Shown here one piece after another: positions 32,404 to 43,517 of a DNA stretch of 64,000 nt. The translations under genes were made by a program, and so were the position numbers. Origin of the DNA: Trueperaceae bacterium (lineage in GTDB: Bacteria; Deinococcota; Deinococci; Deinococcales; Trueperaceae); assembly GCA_034521815.1 (NCBI GenBank), contig JAXHLW010000013.1:1248001-1312000 (forward strand), in the 5' to 3' direction. The stretch's first letter is position 1. Every line of letters starts with the position of its first letter. The notes under the pieces were generated by a model. The model searched no databases and was not told where the DNA came from. It worked only from the letters and a program-made list of their open reading frames with translations.

Positions 32404-33071
32404 GTGCGACTGATCGTGGGGCTCGGAAACCCGGGACCTCGGTACGCGGGAACCCGGCACAATGCCGGGTTCCTCGTCTTGGACGAGTTCGCCCGCAGGC
32501 ACGCCGTGACGTTCCGAGCGGCCCGTGACGGCGAGGAGGCCCGCACCGGGCGGCTTCGACTTCTCAAGCCGACGACCTTCATGAACCTTTCCGGCTCGGC
32601 CGTGCAGGCCGCTGCGACGCGCAACGGCATCCGCCCCGAGGAGATCACGGTCGTCCACGACGATCTGGACCTGCCGTTGGGACGAATGCGGATTCGCACC
32701 GGCGGAGGAACCGGAGGCCAGAAAGGCGTGCGCGACATCGTCGACCGGCTCGGTCCCGACTTCGTGCGCCTCAAGGTGGGCATCGACCGGCCTCCGCCAC
32801 GCTGGACGGTCGAGCACTGGGTGCTCTCCCGATTTCGTGACGACGAGAGCGAGCTCGTGGAACGAATCGTCGGCGCCGCGGCGGACGCGCTCGACACGAT
32901 CGTTCGAGATGGGCCGGATGCGGCCGCCAACCGCGTGAACGGCCTCGACCTGCGCCCGGAGCGGGAGCCGGCCGACACGACCGGCGGTGACGCGGACGAC
33001 GGCGCGGACGACGGCAACGCGAGACGGCAGCGCGAGCGGATACCGCGAGGCGGCGAGTCGACCCCTCGTGA
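32404..33071 (+). CDS. pth: peptidyl-tRNA hydrolase (no in-frame stop near the expected end; end coordinate inferred)
   Basis: LIVGLGNPG..YAGTRHNAGF, KPTTFMNLSG and HDDLDLP. As sequenced the frame stays open to 34983; the nearest out-of-frame TGAs are at 32988 and 33069. Confidence 0.88.
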
Positions 33072-34903
33072 ACGACGCGGCCCTGGTCTTCGTGGTCCTC
33101 GCGGCGACCGTCGCCGCGTTCGCCAGCGATCGGTTCCGGCTGGACCTCGTCGCGTTGCTCGCGATGCTGACGATGGCGATCAGCGGCATCCTGACGCCCG
33201 CGCAGGCGCTGGCGGGGTTCGCCGAGCCGATCACCCTGATGATCGCCGGTCTGTTCATCGTCGGGGCCGGCCTGTTCGAGACCGGCGTGGCCGATCGGCT
33301 GGGCGACCTGCTGGCGCGCATCGCGGGACGTGGCCCGACGCGGCTGCTGATCGCCACCATGCTGGTCAGCGCGCTGCTCTCCGCGTTCCTCTCCTCCACC
33401 GGCACCGTCGCGGTGCTGCTTCCCGTCGTCGTGGGGCTGGCCCGCGGTGCGGGCATGTCGCCGTCGAGGCTGCTGATGCCGCTGGCGTTCGGCAGTCTGC
33501 TGGGCGGCATGCTGACGCTGATCGGCACGCCCCCCAACCTGGTGGTGTCCGATCAGCTTCGGGCGATGGGCGGCGAGCCGTTCGGGTTCTTCGCGTTCAC
33601 GCCGGTCGGCGCCACGATGCTGGTCGTCGGCGTGGTGTACATGGCCACCATCGGACGGCGGCTGCTGCCCGACCACGACGATACCGGCGCAGGTGGCGAC
33701 GGAACCGCCGCCGCCACCTCGCTGGAGGAGCTGGCCGACCGCTACGAGCTGCATCCCCGACTGCACGCCGTCGAGGTGCCGTACGGCTCGCCGCTGGTCG
33801 GCACGACGGTCGGGGCGGCCGGGCTCCGCACACGTTTCGGGACGACCGTGCTGGCGATCGAGACGTTGGGCGAGACGCAGCCGCACGTCCGACGCGCCGA
33901 GCCCACGACGTTGATCCGTCCGCACGACGTGCTCCACGTGCTGGCCGAGCGCGACGATCTGGAGCGACTCCTGCTCGACACCGGCACCCGGCTGGACGAT
34001 CAGTCCAGGATGCCGCTGCCCGAGCCGCTGATGCTGATCGAGACGCTGCTCCCGCCCCGGTCGAGGTACGTCGGGCAGCCGCTGCGCGACAGCCGGCTGC
34101 ACGACCGGACGCGGGCCACCGCCGTCGCCGTGCGGCGTGGCGCGCGCCTGCTGCACGGCGATCTCGGCGACGAGGAGCTGGCGTCGGGCGACGCGCTGCT
34201 GCTTGCGGGAGGACCGGTGGCGCAGCGGAGGGTCGCCAAGGCCCGCGACGACCTCATCGTCGTGGGCGCGCCGCGCGAATGGGAGCGCTTCGCACGCGAC
34301 ACGCGCCGTGCGCCGGCGGCGCTCCTGATCCTCGCCGGGCTGCTGGTGACGATGACGTTCGGCCTGTTGCCCAACGCCATCGCGGTCCTCGCGGCGGCGG
34401 TGGCGATGGTCCTGTCCGGCGCGTTGACGATGGAGGGCGCCTATCGCGCGATCCACTGGGAATCGGTGGTCCTGATCGCCGCGATCCTGCCGATGTCCAC
34501 CGCGCTGCAGGTCAGCGGCGGCCTGGACACCGTCGTGGGCGGACTGGTCGGTGCCCTGGGCGGCGCCGGGCCGCTGCTGGTGATGGCGGCGCTGTTCGTG
34601 CTCACCTCGGCGTTCAGTCAGGTGATCTCGAACACGGCGACGACGGTGCTGCTGGCGCCCGTCGCGTTCGCCGCCGCACGCGACCTGGGCGTGTCGCCCG
34701 AGGCGATGCTGATGGCGATCGCGGTGGCGGCCTCGACCGCGTTCGCGACGCCGGTCGCCTCGCCCGTGAACGCGCTGGTGCTGACGTCGGGCCGCTACCG
34801 GTTCGGCGACTTCCTACGGGTGGGCCTGCCGATCGTCGTACTGATGCTGATCGCGACGCTGCTGGTGGTGCCGGTGTTCTTCCCGCTGGCCGCCGGCAGC
34901 TGA
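33068..34903 (+). CDS. SLC13/DASS family permease with TrkA-C domains
   Basis: GGMLTLIGTPPNLVV, ISNTAT, AFATPVASPVN and GRYRFGDF. Probable GTG start at 33068. Confidence 0.9.
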   Translation: MNDAALVFVVLAATVAAFASDRFRLDLVALLAMLTMAISGILTPAQALAGFAEPITLMIAGLFIVGAGLFETGVADRLGDLLARIAGRGPTRLLIATMLVSALLSAFLSSTGTVAVLLPVVVGLARGAGMSPSRLLMPLAFGSLLGGMLTLIGTPPNLVVSDQLRAMGGEPFGFFAFTPVGATMLVVGVVYMATIGRRLLPDHDDTGAGGDGTAAATSLEELADRYELHPRLHAVEVPYGSPLVGTTVGAAGLRTRFGTTVLAIETLGETQPHVRRAEPTTLIRPHDVLHVLAERDDLERLLLDTGTRLDDQSRMPLPEPLMLIETLLPPRSRYVGQPLRDSRLHDRTRATAVAVRRGARLLHGDLGDEELASGDALLLAGGPVAQRRVAKARDDLIVVGAPREWERFARDTRRAPAALLILAGLLVTMTFGLLPNAIAVLAAAVAMVLSGALTMEGAYRAIHWESVVLIAAILPMSTALQVSGGLDTVVGGLVGALGGAGPLLVMAALFVLTSAFSQVISNTATTVLLAPVAFAAARDLGVSPEAMLMAIAVAASTAFATPVASPVNALVLTSGRYRFGDFLRVGLPIVVLMLIATLLVVPVFFPLAAGS

Positions 34904-34963
34904 GCATCCCGCCGGCGGCGGCGTCAGCGCGGCTGTTCGTCCGCGCTCCATGGCGACGCGCGC

Positions 34964-35777
34964 TCAGCCGAAGCGACCGCTGACGTACCGCTCGGTCATC
35001 TCGTGCTGCGGGTTCGTGAAGATCTGCTCGGTGGGCCCTTCCTCGATCAGCACGCCGAGGTGCATGAACGCCGTGCGATCGCTGACCCGGCCCGCCTGCT
35101 GCATGTTGTGCGTCACGATGATCACGGTGTAGTCGCGCTTGATCTCGTGGATCAGCTCCTCGATCCGGTCGGTCGCCATCGGGTCCAGGGCGCTGGTCGG
35201 CTCGTCCATCAGGATCACGTCCGGATCGGTGGCCATCGCGCGTGCGATGCACAGGCGCTGCTGCTGGCCACCCGAGAGGCTCAGGCCCGATTGCTGGAGC
35301 TTGTCGTCCACCTCCTCCCAGAGCGCCGCGGCACGCAGCGCCTTTTCCACCAGCGCGTCCAGGTCGCCATCGAAGCCGTGCAAGCGTGGTCCGAAGGCGA
35401 CGTTGTCGAAGATCGACTTGGGGAAGGGGTTCGCCTTCTGGAACACCATCCCGACGCGCCGTCGGACCTCCACCGGGTCGACGCGCGCGTCGTAGATGTC
35501 CACGCCTTCGGTAGCGAACCGCCCCACTGCTGCGCACGCCGGGCACGAGCTCGTTCATGCGGTTGAGGCTCCGAAGCATCGTCGACTTGCCGCAGCCGGA
35601 CGCACCGATCAGCGCCGTCACCTTGCCCCGCTCGACGTTGAGCGTGACGTCGCTAAGCGCTTGCAGGTCTCCGTACCACAGGTTCAGTGCATCGACCTGG
35701 ACGACCGCGCGATCATCGGGCACGACGTCGCTGCGGACGGTGACGTGGCCACTCAGATCGTAGCCTTGCGAACTCAT
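34964..35777 (-). CDS. pstB: phosphate ABC transporter ATPase (1-nt frameshift near 35510)
   Basis: [14 protein letters not shown] lies in one frame; [24 protein letters not shown] and VTHNMQQA lie in another. Deleting one base near 35510 restores VRYEGVDIY. Confidence 0.9.
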
Positions 35778-35850
35778 CTGCTCACCTCGATCGTTTCTCG
35801 GGCCAAGACGGACCCATCGCGCGATCTCGACGCGGGTGGCGAGGCGATCC

Positions 35851-37122
35851 TCATCGACCGGCCTCGGACCACCGACGCACCCAGTTCGCTACCGCGTAAA
35901 GAAGTCCTAGGAAACCCAAGAGCGTCAGAATGGCGGCCGACGCCAAGCGATAGAACTCGGGTTTGGCCTCCGACACCCAGCTATAGATCTGGACGGGCAC
36001 GACGGTGTACGTCGACAGCAGCCCGTCGGGAAGATACGGAACGAACGCGGCCGCGCCGACCAGAAGCAGCGGCGCCGTTTCGCCGATGGCTCGTGCGATC
36101 GCCAGGATGAAGCCGGTGACGATACCCGGCACGGCGCGGGGCAGGACGACGCGCGACACGGTCTGCCAGCGGGTGGCGCCAAGCCCGTAGCTCGCCTCGC
36201 GAAGCGAGCTCGGCACCGCGCGAATCGCCTCGCGCGAGGCGATCACGACCACCGGCAGGATCAGCAACGAGAGGGTGAGCGCCGCGGCGAGGATCGTCGG
36301 GCCCAGATTCATCAAGCGCACGAACACGTACAAGCCCAGGATGCCGTAGATGATCGACGGCACGCCAGCGAGGTTCCGAATGTTCACTTCGAGAAAGCGC
36401 GACCAGCGCCCCCGCCGTGCGTACTCCTCGAGGTAGAGCGCCGTGCCCACGCCCAGCGGGACCGCCAACAGGATCACCAGCCCGGTCACCCAGAGCGTGC
36501 CCACCAGAGCCGTCCGTAGCCCCGCGATCACGGGGGCCCGCGAAGCGTTGCGTTCGAAGAAGCCGGCGTCCAGCCAGGGATTGACGGCAAGCACCTGGCC
36601 ATCCGCGAGGCCTTCGCGCAGCTCGGACCAGCGGAGGAGCCCCGCGATCAGATCGACGTCCGTGACGCGCCCGTCGCGCTGGTGCGTGACGACCCAGCGG
36701 AGTGGTCCGTCCTGGGTGCGCCACATGAGCTCGATACGGTGCCGTCCGTAGTAGCGTCTGCGCTCCTCCGCGTCGCTTAGAACCGTATCGACCTCGGAGC
36801 CGGCCATGCCTTGAGCCCGCATGTCGAGCCGCGCGACCGCGTCTCCGCCGAACGGTGCCTGAGCGAACGCGAACGTCTGGCCCGACGCGTACGGCTCGAT
36901 GACCTGCACGGACACGACGCGCCGGGTGGTGTCGAGAAGGAGCACAGCGATGAGGGCGAGCGATAGAAGCACGGGCACGAACGCGAGCACACCTAGCGCC
37001 CGTCCGGCTCGCCGTTGCCTCCGGACCCTCGCCCTGCCCGCCTCGTCCATGAGGCCGACCGCACCTCGCGCCTCGCGCGACGCTGCCACCGTAGCCGAGC
37101 GGCGTCCGGACTCCGGGTTCAC
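35851..37122 (-). CDS. pstA: phosphate ABC transporter permease PstA with an extra extracytoplasmic insert
   Basis: NLAGVPSIIYG, REASYGLGATRWQT and ARAIGETAPL. Confidence 0.92.
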   Translation of the reverse strand: MNPESGRRSATVAASREARGAVGLMDEAGRARVRRQRRAGRALGVLAFVPVLLSLALIAVLLLDTTRRVVSVQVIEPYASGQTFAFAQAPFGGDAVARLDMRAQGMAGSEVDTVLSDAEERRRYYGRHRIELMWRTQDGPLRWVVTHQRDGRVTDVDLIAGLLRWSELREGLADGQVLAVNPWLDAGFFERNASRAPVIAGLRTALVGTLWVTGLVILLAVPLGVGTALYLEEYARRGRWSRFLEVNIRNLAGVPSIIYGILGLYVFVRLMNLGPTILAAALTLSLLILPVVVIASREAIRAVPSSLREASYGLGATRWQTVSRVVLPRAVPGIVTGFILAIARAIGETAPLLLVGAAAFVPYLPDGLLSTYTVVPVQIYSWVSEAKPEFYRLASAAILTLLGFLGLLYAVANWVRRWSEAGR

Positions 37123-38057
37123 TCGTACACCTCCTGATACCGACGCACGACACGTTGCGCGATGACGTTCAGAAGCAGCGTCATGACGAACAGCGTGGCG
37201 CCCACGGCGTAGAGCGACCGCGCCGCGAGCGAGCCGGCCGGCTGATCGCCGGTCGCGGCCTGGACGATGAACGCGGTCATCGTCGCGATCGTCTCGCGTG
37301 GATCGAAGTGCAGGTTCGGCATCTGACCCGCCGCCAGGGTGACGATCATCGTCTCGCCGATCGCGCGCGACATGGCGAGAATGAACGCCGCCACGATTCC
37401 CGACAGGGCCGCAGGAATGACGACCCGCAGCACGACGTGGAGCTTCGACGCCCCCAGGCCGTAGGCGGCTTCTCGCATCGCCGTCGGTACGGCACGCATC
37501 GCGTCGAGCGAGACGCTGGACACGGTCGGCACGATCATGAAGCCCATCACCAAGCCCGCCGATAGCGGATTGAACAGGTCCACGCCGGCTACGAACGACC
37601 GGATCAGCGGCGTGACGGTCAGCAGCGCGAAGTATCCGAGAACCACCGTCGGGATCCCGGCCAGGACCTCCAGCAGCGGGACGATGCGACGTCGCGTTCG
37701 GTCGCCAGCGTACTCGGACAGGAACACGGCGGCGCCGAGCCCGAACGGCAACCCGACGAGCAGCGCGATCGCAGTGACCAGTAGCGTGCCCGAAACCAGC
37801 GGCGCGATCCCGTAGCTCGTGTCCAGGAATAGCGGCGTCCAGGTCGGGGCGGTGAAGAACTCCACGATCGAGACCTCACGGAAGAACGCGAAGGTCTCGA
37901 CGGCGAACACGGTGACCACCGCGAAGGTGGTGAGCACGGAGACGAGCGCTGCAAGCTGAAGCGAAGCGCCGATCAAACGCTCGGCCCGTCGACGCGAGCC
38001 ACGGCGGTGGAGCTCGCGTGCGAAGGCTACGTCACGAGGCGGCCCTGGCGCGTTCAT
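37119..38057 (-). CDS. pstC: phosphate ABC transporter permease PstC
   Basis: EVLAGIPTVVLG, REAAYGLGA and SRAIGETMIV. Confidence 0.93.
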   Translation of the reverse strand: MNAPGPPRDVAFARELHRRGSRRRAERLIGASLQLAALVSVLTTFAVVTVFAVETFAFFREVSIVEFFTAPTWTPLFLDTSYGIAPLVSGTLLVTAIALLVGLPFGLGAAVFLSEYAGDRTRRRIVPLLEVLAGIPTVVLGYFALLTVTPLIRSFVAGVDLFNPLSAGLVMGFMIVPTVSSVSLDAMRAVPTAMREAAYGLGASKLHVVLRVVIPAALSGIVAAFILAMSRAIGETMIVTLAAGQMPNLHFDPRETIATMTAFIVQAATGDQPAGSLAARSLYAVGATLFVMTLLLNVIAQRVVRRYQEVYE

Positions 38058-38192
38058 GGAATCGGCATCCCTTCGGAGCGGGGAGGAGGGCACGCGTACG
38101 GAGAGGCTACCGCGTGCCCCGGCCACGGGCGATCGCCGGCTCGTCGTGGCGTTCGCGCCACGACGAGCCGGCGATGAGCGACGTGCGGCGAC

Positions 38193-39170
38193 CTACTCGA
38201 CGCTGCGGACGGCGTCGACCACGGAGTCGCCAGGCTGGAAGTCGAGGAAGGCGGTCCCGGTCACGCGGTTGTCGAAGCGTTCCAAGATCGCCTCGTAGAC
38301 CGCATCGTCGTAGACCAGGTAGCCGGTCTCGGCGATCGCACCACGGGCCTGCGGCGAAAAGGCGAACTCGCCCAGCTCGGCGACGGTCGGGTTCGACTCC
38401 ACCCGCTCGAGGTTCCAGTACTCGAACAGCGGGCGCGAGAGCGGCACGTAGGTGTTGCTGGCGATGGTCTCGGCGCTGGGCTCGATGCAGCCGTCCCCGC
38501 CGTCGACGGCGACGAGCTTCAGTCGATCGACGTTCTCGAGGTAGTAGGCGTATCCGAAGAAGCCGAGCGCGTTCACGTTACCGGCGATGCCCTGGACCAG
38601 CACGTTGTCGTCCTCGCTCGGGAAGAAGTCGGTGCGGATCGCGCCGCTGTCTCCGTTGATCGCTTCGGTGAAGTAGTCGAACGTGCCCGAGTCGGTGCCG
38701 GCACCGTAGAGCTCGATCTCCTCGGCCGGCCAGTCGGCGCGAATGTCGGCCCAGGTCGACACGTCGCTGTCGGGACGCCACAGGCGGTTCAGCTCGTCGA
38801 CGGTGAGGCACTGCACGAAGTCGTTATCGGGGTTGACCATGACCGACAGGCCGTCCGCGGCCACGGGCGTCTCGATGAACTCGATGCCGTTCTCCTCGCA
38901 CAGCTCGACCTCGCTGGCCTTGATCGGCCGGCTCGCGCCGGTGGCGTCGGTCTCGCCGCGGCAGAACTTCTCGAAGCCCGCGCCGGTGCCGCTGAACGCG
39001 ACGCTGACGTCGCGGACGTCGGGGAACTCGAACTGGAACTCCTCGGCGATCGCGAGGCTTACGGGATAGACGGTCGACGAGCCGTCCCAGCGCACCTCCG
39101 ACTGGGCAGCGGCGGTCGAGGCGAGAAGACCGAGCACGAGGATCGAAAGGAGCACGGTGAGCCTGTTCAC
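38193..39170 (-). CDS. pstS: phosphate ABC transporter substrate-binding protein
   Basis: [27 protein letters not shown] and YVPLSRPLF; signal peptide without a lipobox Cys. Confidence 0.93.
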   Translation of the reverse strand: MNRLTVLLSILVLGLLASTAAAQSEVRWDGSSTVYPVSLAIAEEFQFEFPDVRDVSVAFSGTGAGFEKFCRGETDATGASRPIKASEVELCEENGIEFIETPVAADGLSVMVNPDNDFVQCLTVDELNRLWRPDSDVSTWADIRADWPAEEIELYGAGTDSGTFDYFTEAINGDSGAIRTDFFPSEDDNVLVQGIAGNVNALGFFGYAYYLENVDRLKLVAVDGGDGCIEPSAETIASNTYVPLSRPLFEYWNLERVESNPTVAELGEFAFSPQARGAIAETGYLVYDDAVYEAILERFDNRVTGTAFLDFQPGDSVVDAVRSVE

Positions 39171-39252
39171 GTTGGTACCTGCCGAGCGCGGACGCCATGA
39201 CGCTGCGCGCCATGTCGATTGGCCACGCTCGACGACTCGGTCCGGAGCTCCG

Positions 39253-41901
39253 CCGGCCGAGCTGCGCCAGGCTGGCTTCGAGACCGCCGATCAGCGCCTC
39301 GGCCTCGGCCAGGCGTCGGCGCTCCTCGGCCACCACCGCCTCGGGCGCGTTGGCGACGAACTTGTCGTTCGCCAGCTTGCGCGCGCTCTTGTCGCGCTCG
39401 GCACGCGCGTCGCCCAGGCGCTTCTCCTGACGCCCCCGCCAGGCGTCGACGTCCACCAGGCCCTCGAGAGGCAGACGAAGCTCGGCGTCCGCCAGCACCT
39501 GGCGGAGCGCGGCGCCCTCGGGCTCGCCGCCTAGGAGCTCGGCGCGCGCCAGCGCGGCCACGACCGGCCCCTCGCGCACCAGCAGCTCGGCCGCCGGGCC
39601 GCTGGGGTGGACGGGGATCGTCTGCGACGGCGGCAGGTCGGCTTCGGCGCGCAGCACGCGGATCGCCCCGACGGCGGCCTGCACGCGAGCGAAGTCGGCT
39701 TCGGCGTCGTCGTCGGGCCGACCGTCGCGCTCCGGCTCCGGCCACGCGGCCAGCGCGACCTGCTCGTCGTGCCCCAGCGCCTCCCAGAGCTCGCTGGTGA
39801 CGAACGGCAGGAGCGGGTGGAGCAGCCGCAGGATCGACTCGAGGGTGGACCTGAGCACGTGCCGGGTGCGGGCGTCGCCGGCGTGGAGCGCGGGCTTGGC
39901 CGCCTCGAGGTACCAATCGCAGAACTCGCTCCACACGAAGTCGTACGCCGCGCGGTTGGCGGCGCCCAGGTCGAACGCCTCGAGCCGGTCCGTGACCGTG
40001 TCCAGCGCGCGCGCCAGCCGGGCCAGGATCCAGCGGTCCGCGAGCCGTTCGGGCGGGCCGGGATCCTCCGGCCCCTCCAGGTTCATGAACGCGAACCGTG
40101 CGGCGTTCCACAGCTTGTTCGTGAAGGTGCGGCCCATCTCGACGCGGCGGTCGTCCCAGCGGATGTCCTGGCCGCCGGTCGAGGCGTGCGTCATCGCGAA
40201 GCGCAGCGCGTCCGCGCCGCTCCGCTCGATCACGGCCAGCGGATCGACGCCGTTCCCCTTCGACTTCGACATCTTCTGGCCCTCGGCGTCCAGCACCAGG
40301 CCGTGCAGCATCACGTGCCTGAACGGGGCCCGGTCGGTCAGCTCGTAGCCCGACATCTCCATGCGGGCGACCCAGAAGAACAGGATGTCGTAGCCGGTCA
40401 CCAGCACGCTGGTCGGGTAGAAGCGCCGGTAGAACGGATCGTCCACGTCCGGCCAGCCCAGCGTCGAGAACGGCCACAGGTTGCTGCTGAACCAGGTGTC
40501 GAACACGTCGGGATCCTGGTGCAGCTCCTTGCCGGCGTTCTCCGGCGCCTCGGTCGGGTCGGTGTGCGGGTCGTCCGGCGAGGGGACGTGCACGTTCCCC
40601 TCGGCGTCGTACCAGGCGGGGATGCGGTGGCCCCACCAGAGCTGGCGGCTGACGTTCCACGGCCGGATGTTCTCGAGCCAGTCGCGGTTCACCTTCGCGT
40701 AGCGCTCGGGCACGATCTCGATCTCGCCGGCGTCCAGGGCCGCGAGCACGCGTTTCGCGGCAGGCCTCACGTCGTAGAACCACTGCATCGACAAGATCGG
40801 CTCGACGGGCACCTTGGTGCGCTGCGACAGGCCGATCGGGACGGTGTACGGCTCGCGCGAGGCCAGCGAGCCGTCCGCCTCGAGCGCCTCGACCACGGCG
40901 CGCCGCGCCTCGAAGCGGTCCATGCCCCGGAACGCCTCGGGGACCAGGTCGCTCTGCAGGCGCGCGTCCAGCCCGATCACCGACGGGCGCGGCAGGCCGT
41001 GCCGCTCGCCGATCTCGAAGTCGGTCGGGTCGTGCGCCGGCGTGATCTTGAGCGCGCCGGTCCCGAAGTCCGGCTCGACCGCGTCGTCGGCGATCACCGG
41101 CACCCAGCGATCGGTCAGCGGAATTCGGGCCTTCGCACCGAGGAACGGCGCGTAACGCGGGTCGTCCGGATGCACCGCGATCGCCTGGTCGGCGAAGATC
41201 GTCTCGGGCCGCACGGTGGCGATCCGGATCTCGCCGCCGCCGTCGAGCGGGTAGGCCAGGGTGTACAGCTCGCCCTGGCGATCCTCGCGGTCCACCTCGA
41301 GCTCGCTGAGCGTCGTACGGCTCTCGGGGTCCCAGTTCACGATGCGCTCGCCTCGGTAGATCCGGCCCTGGTGGAACAGGTCGACGAACTGCTTGCGCAC
41401 CGCCCGCGACAGGCCCTCGTCCATGGTGAAGCGGCTGCGACTCCAGTCGGCGCTCACGCCGAGCCTCTCGAGCTGCGTCTCGATCATGCCGCCCGAGCGT
41501 TCCTTCCAGGCCCAGACCCGCTCCAGGAACCCCTCGCGTCCCAGCTCGTGTCGGCCGGTCCCCTGCTCGCGCAGCTGCTTCTCGACCACCACCTGGGTGC
41601 TGATGCCGGCGTGGTCCATGCCAGGCTGGTACAGCGCCTCGTAGCCCTGCATCCGCCGCCAGCGGATCAGCGTGTCGATCAGGGTGTTGTCGAACGCGTG
41701 ACCGAGGTGCAGGTTCCCGGTCACGTTGGGGGGCGGAATGACGATCGTGTACGGCGGCTTGCCGCTGTGCGGATCGGCGCGGAACGGCTCCTCCGCCCAG
41801 CGGCGCACCCAGCGCGGCTCGGCCGAGAGGGGATCGTAGCTCTTGGGCAGCTCACGCTGCACGGTGTTCGTGGTGCTCGTCGTGCCTGATGCCTCGGACA
41901 T
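39253..41901 (-). CDS. valS: valine--tRNA ligase (expected stop absent; open frame continues to 38824)
   Basis: PPPNVTGNLHLGHA, SRQLWWGHRIP, KMSKSKGN and the C-terminal coiled coil FVANAP. The ATG at 41901 follows GGAGG. Confidence 0.96.
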
Positions 41902-41954
41902 CGAGTCCTCCCTGCGGACCCGCCCGAAGGCAGTGGCGGATCCGTCCACGTGAC

Positions 41955-42235
41955 GTGAGCGGACGAGGCGCGAGCCCCGCGGTACCACCGCCGTTCCCCG
42001 CGTTCAGGCGCAGGGCGCTTCATGACCGCGCTGTCGGGGCGGCGACCGGAGGCTCTACTGCGTCCCGAGTCCGCGCGAACGACGCGGCGACGGCACGGTT
42101 CTTCCTCGTCGAGGGGGCCACGCTTCGGCCGTCCCCGGGCGGGCGACGTTCGGCGCCGTCGGTGCCGCCCCGACTCTCAGCCTAGGCCGGGGCTCTCTGT
42201 GGGCCGGGAAGCGCCTACTCCTCCCGCACGGTCGC
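41955..42235 (-). promoter_or_regulatory. T-box riboswitch (Val) upstream of valS
   Basis: Minus strand: -10 TACACT (42244-42239); stem I with GGAGTAGGCGC...CAGAGAG...GCTGAGA...GCGCCGAACGTCG (putative GUC Val specifier at 42147-42145); T-box GAACGGCGGTGGTACCGCG (41996-41978) followed by CTCGTCCGC. Confidence 0.88.
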
Positions 42236-42307
42236 TGAGTGTAGCAGGAGCCGCCGGCCTGCGCGAGCGCTGAGCGCTCAGGTCCCGGCCACTCGGATCC
42301 CGGCCAC

Positions 42308-43360
42308 TCAGATCATGGGAAGGGTGTTGAGCGCCTGCACCGAGATGCGGCCGGCCAGGGCCCGCGCCACGGAGCGCAGCGCCTGCGCCTGCTCGCTGTC
42401 CGGGTGGGACAGCACCAGCGGCGTGCCCTCGTCCCCGCTCTCGCGAACCTGCCGCGAGATCGGCACCTGACCGAGCAGCGGCAAGCGCTCCTGCTCCGCC
42501 CAGGCGGCCGCCGTGTCGGCCCCGAAGATGTAGTCCCGCTGGCCGTCAGGAAGCACGTACCAGCTCATGTTCTCGATCAGGCCCAGCACGGGAACGTGCG
42601 TCTTGCGCATCATCGTGTGGGCGCGACGCACGTCGGCCAGCGACATCTCCTGGGGCGTCGTGACCAGCACGGCGCCGGTCACCGTCGCGAGCTGCGTCAG
42701 CGACAGCTGGACGTCGCCGGTGCCGGGCGGGAGGTCCACGATCAGGTAGTCGAGCTCGCCCCACACGGTCTGCTCGATCATCTGCTTCAGGGTGCCGTGC
42801 AGGATCGGACCTCGCCAGGTGAGCGCCTGGCCGTCCTCCACGAGGTTCGCGATCGAGATCAGCTTCACCCCGTGGCTGCGGAGCGGGAGGATGTTCTTCT
42901 CATCGTCCGCCATCAGCCGCTTGCCCTCGAGGCCGAACATCTTGGCCTGCGAGGGACCGTAGATGTCGGCGTCGAGAAGACCCACCGCGGCGCCCTCGAG
43001 CACCAGCGAGGCGGCGATGTTCGCCGCCACGGTGGACTTGCCGACCCCGCCCTTGCCGGAGCCCACGGCGACGACGTGCTTCACGCCGGGAAGGGAGGGG
43101 GATCCCCCGTCGCGGACCTGCGCCCCGAACTCGAGGTCGACGCGGGCGACCCCTTCGATCCGGCCGACGGCGTCGCGGACGTCCTTCTCGATCGTGGCCT
43201 TCATCGGACAGGCGGGCGTGGTGAGGTTCACCTTGACGTGAACGGTGTCCCCCTCCACGGTCGCACGCTCGATCATGCCCAGCGAGACGAGGTCCTGGTG
43301 AAGCTCCGGGTCGTGCACCGTCTTGAGCGCCTCGAGGACGCGGGACTCTTGGATCGCCAT
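42308..43360 (-). CDS. mrp: Mrp/NBP35 family Fe-S cluster carrier ATPase
   Basis: DPELHQDLVSLG, LTTPACP, GKGGVGKST, DADIYGPS, WRGP and DLPPGTGD. Confidence 0.93.
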   Translation of the reverse strand: MAIQESRVLEALKTVHDPELHQDLVSLGMIERATVEGDTVHVKVNLTTPACPMKATIEKDVRDAVGRIEGVARVDLEFGAQVRDGGSPSLPGVKHVVAVGSGKGGVGKSTVAANIAASLVLEGAAVGLLDADIYGPSQAKMFGLEGKRLMADDEKNILPLRSHGVKLISIANLVEDGQALTWRGPILHGTLKQMIEQTVWGELDYLIVDLPPGTGDVQLSLTQLATVTGAVLVTTPQEMSLADVRRAHTMMRKTHVPVLGLIENMSWYVLPDGQRDYIFGADTAAAWAEQERLPLLGQVPISRQVRESGDEGTPLVLSHPDSEQAQALRSVARALAGRISVQALNTLPMI

Positions 43361-43517
43361 GGACGGAGGGTACCAAGGGGCGGGCGCCGATGAATCCTTT
43401 GGCCGACACGCCGAGCGCGTCCGGGGGGCGCCTTGCCCGTCCCCATGGGTGCGGGTATGCTCCCGGCGTGAGAGGACGCGAAGGCGTGGCGCACGCGCAG
43501 GCGTCGACGGTCCGCAG

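Noticed and set aside
32404-34983. 859-aa Pth fusion protein
   Set aside because: Sequence after about residue 200 is low-complexity off-frame translation of the SLC13 gene.
38824-39252. C-terminal extension of ValS as a real domain
   Set aside because: It overlaps pstS out of frame and has shadow-ORF composition; a lost stop is more likely.
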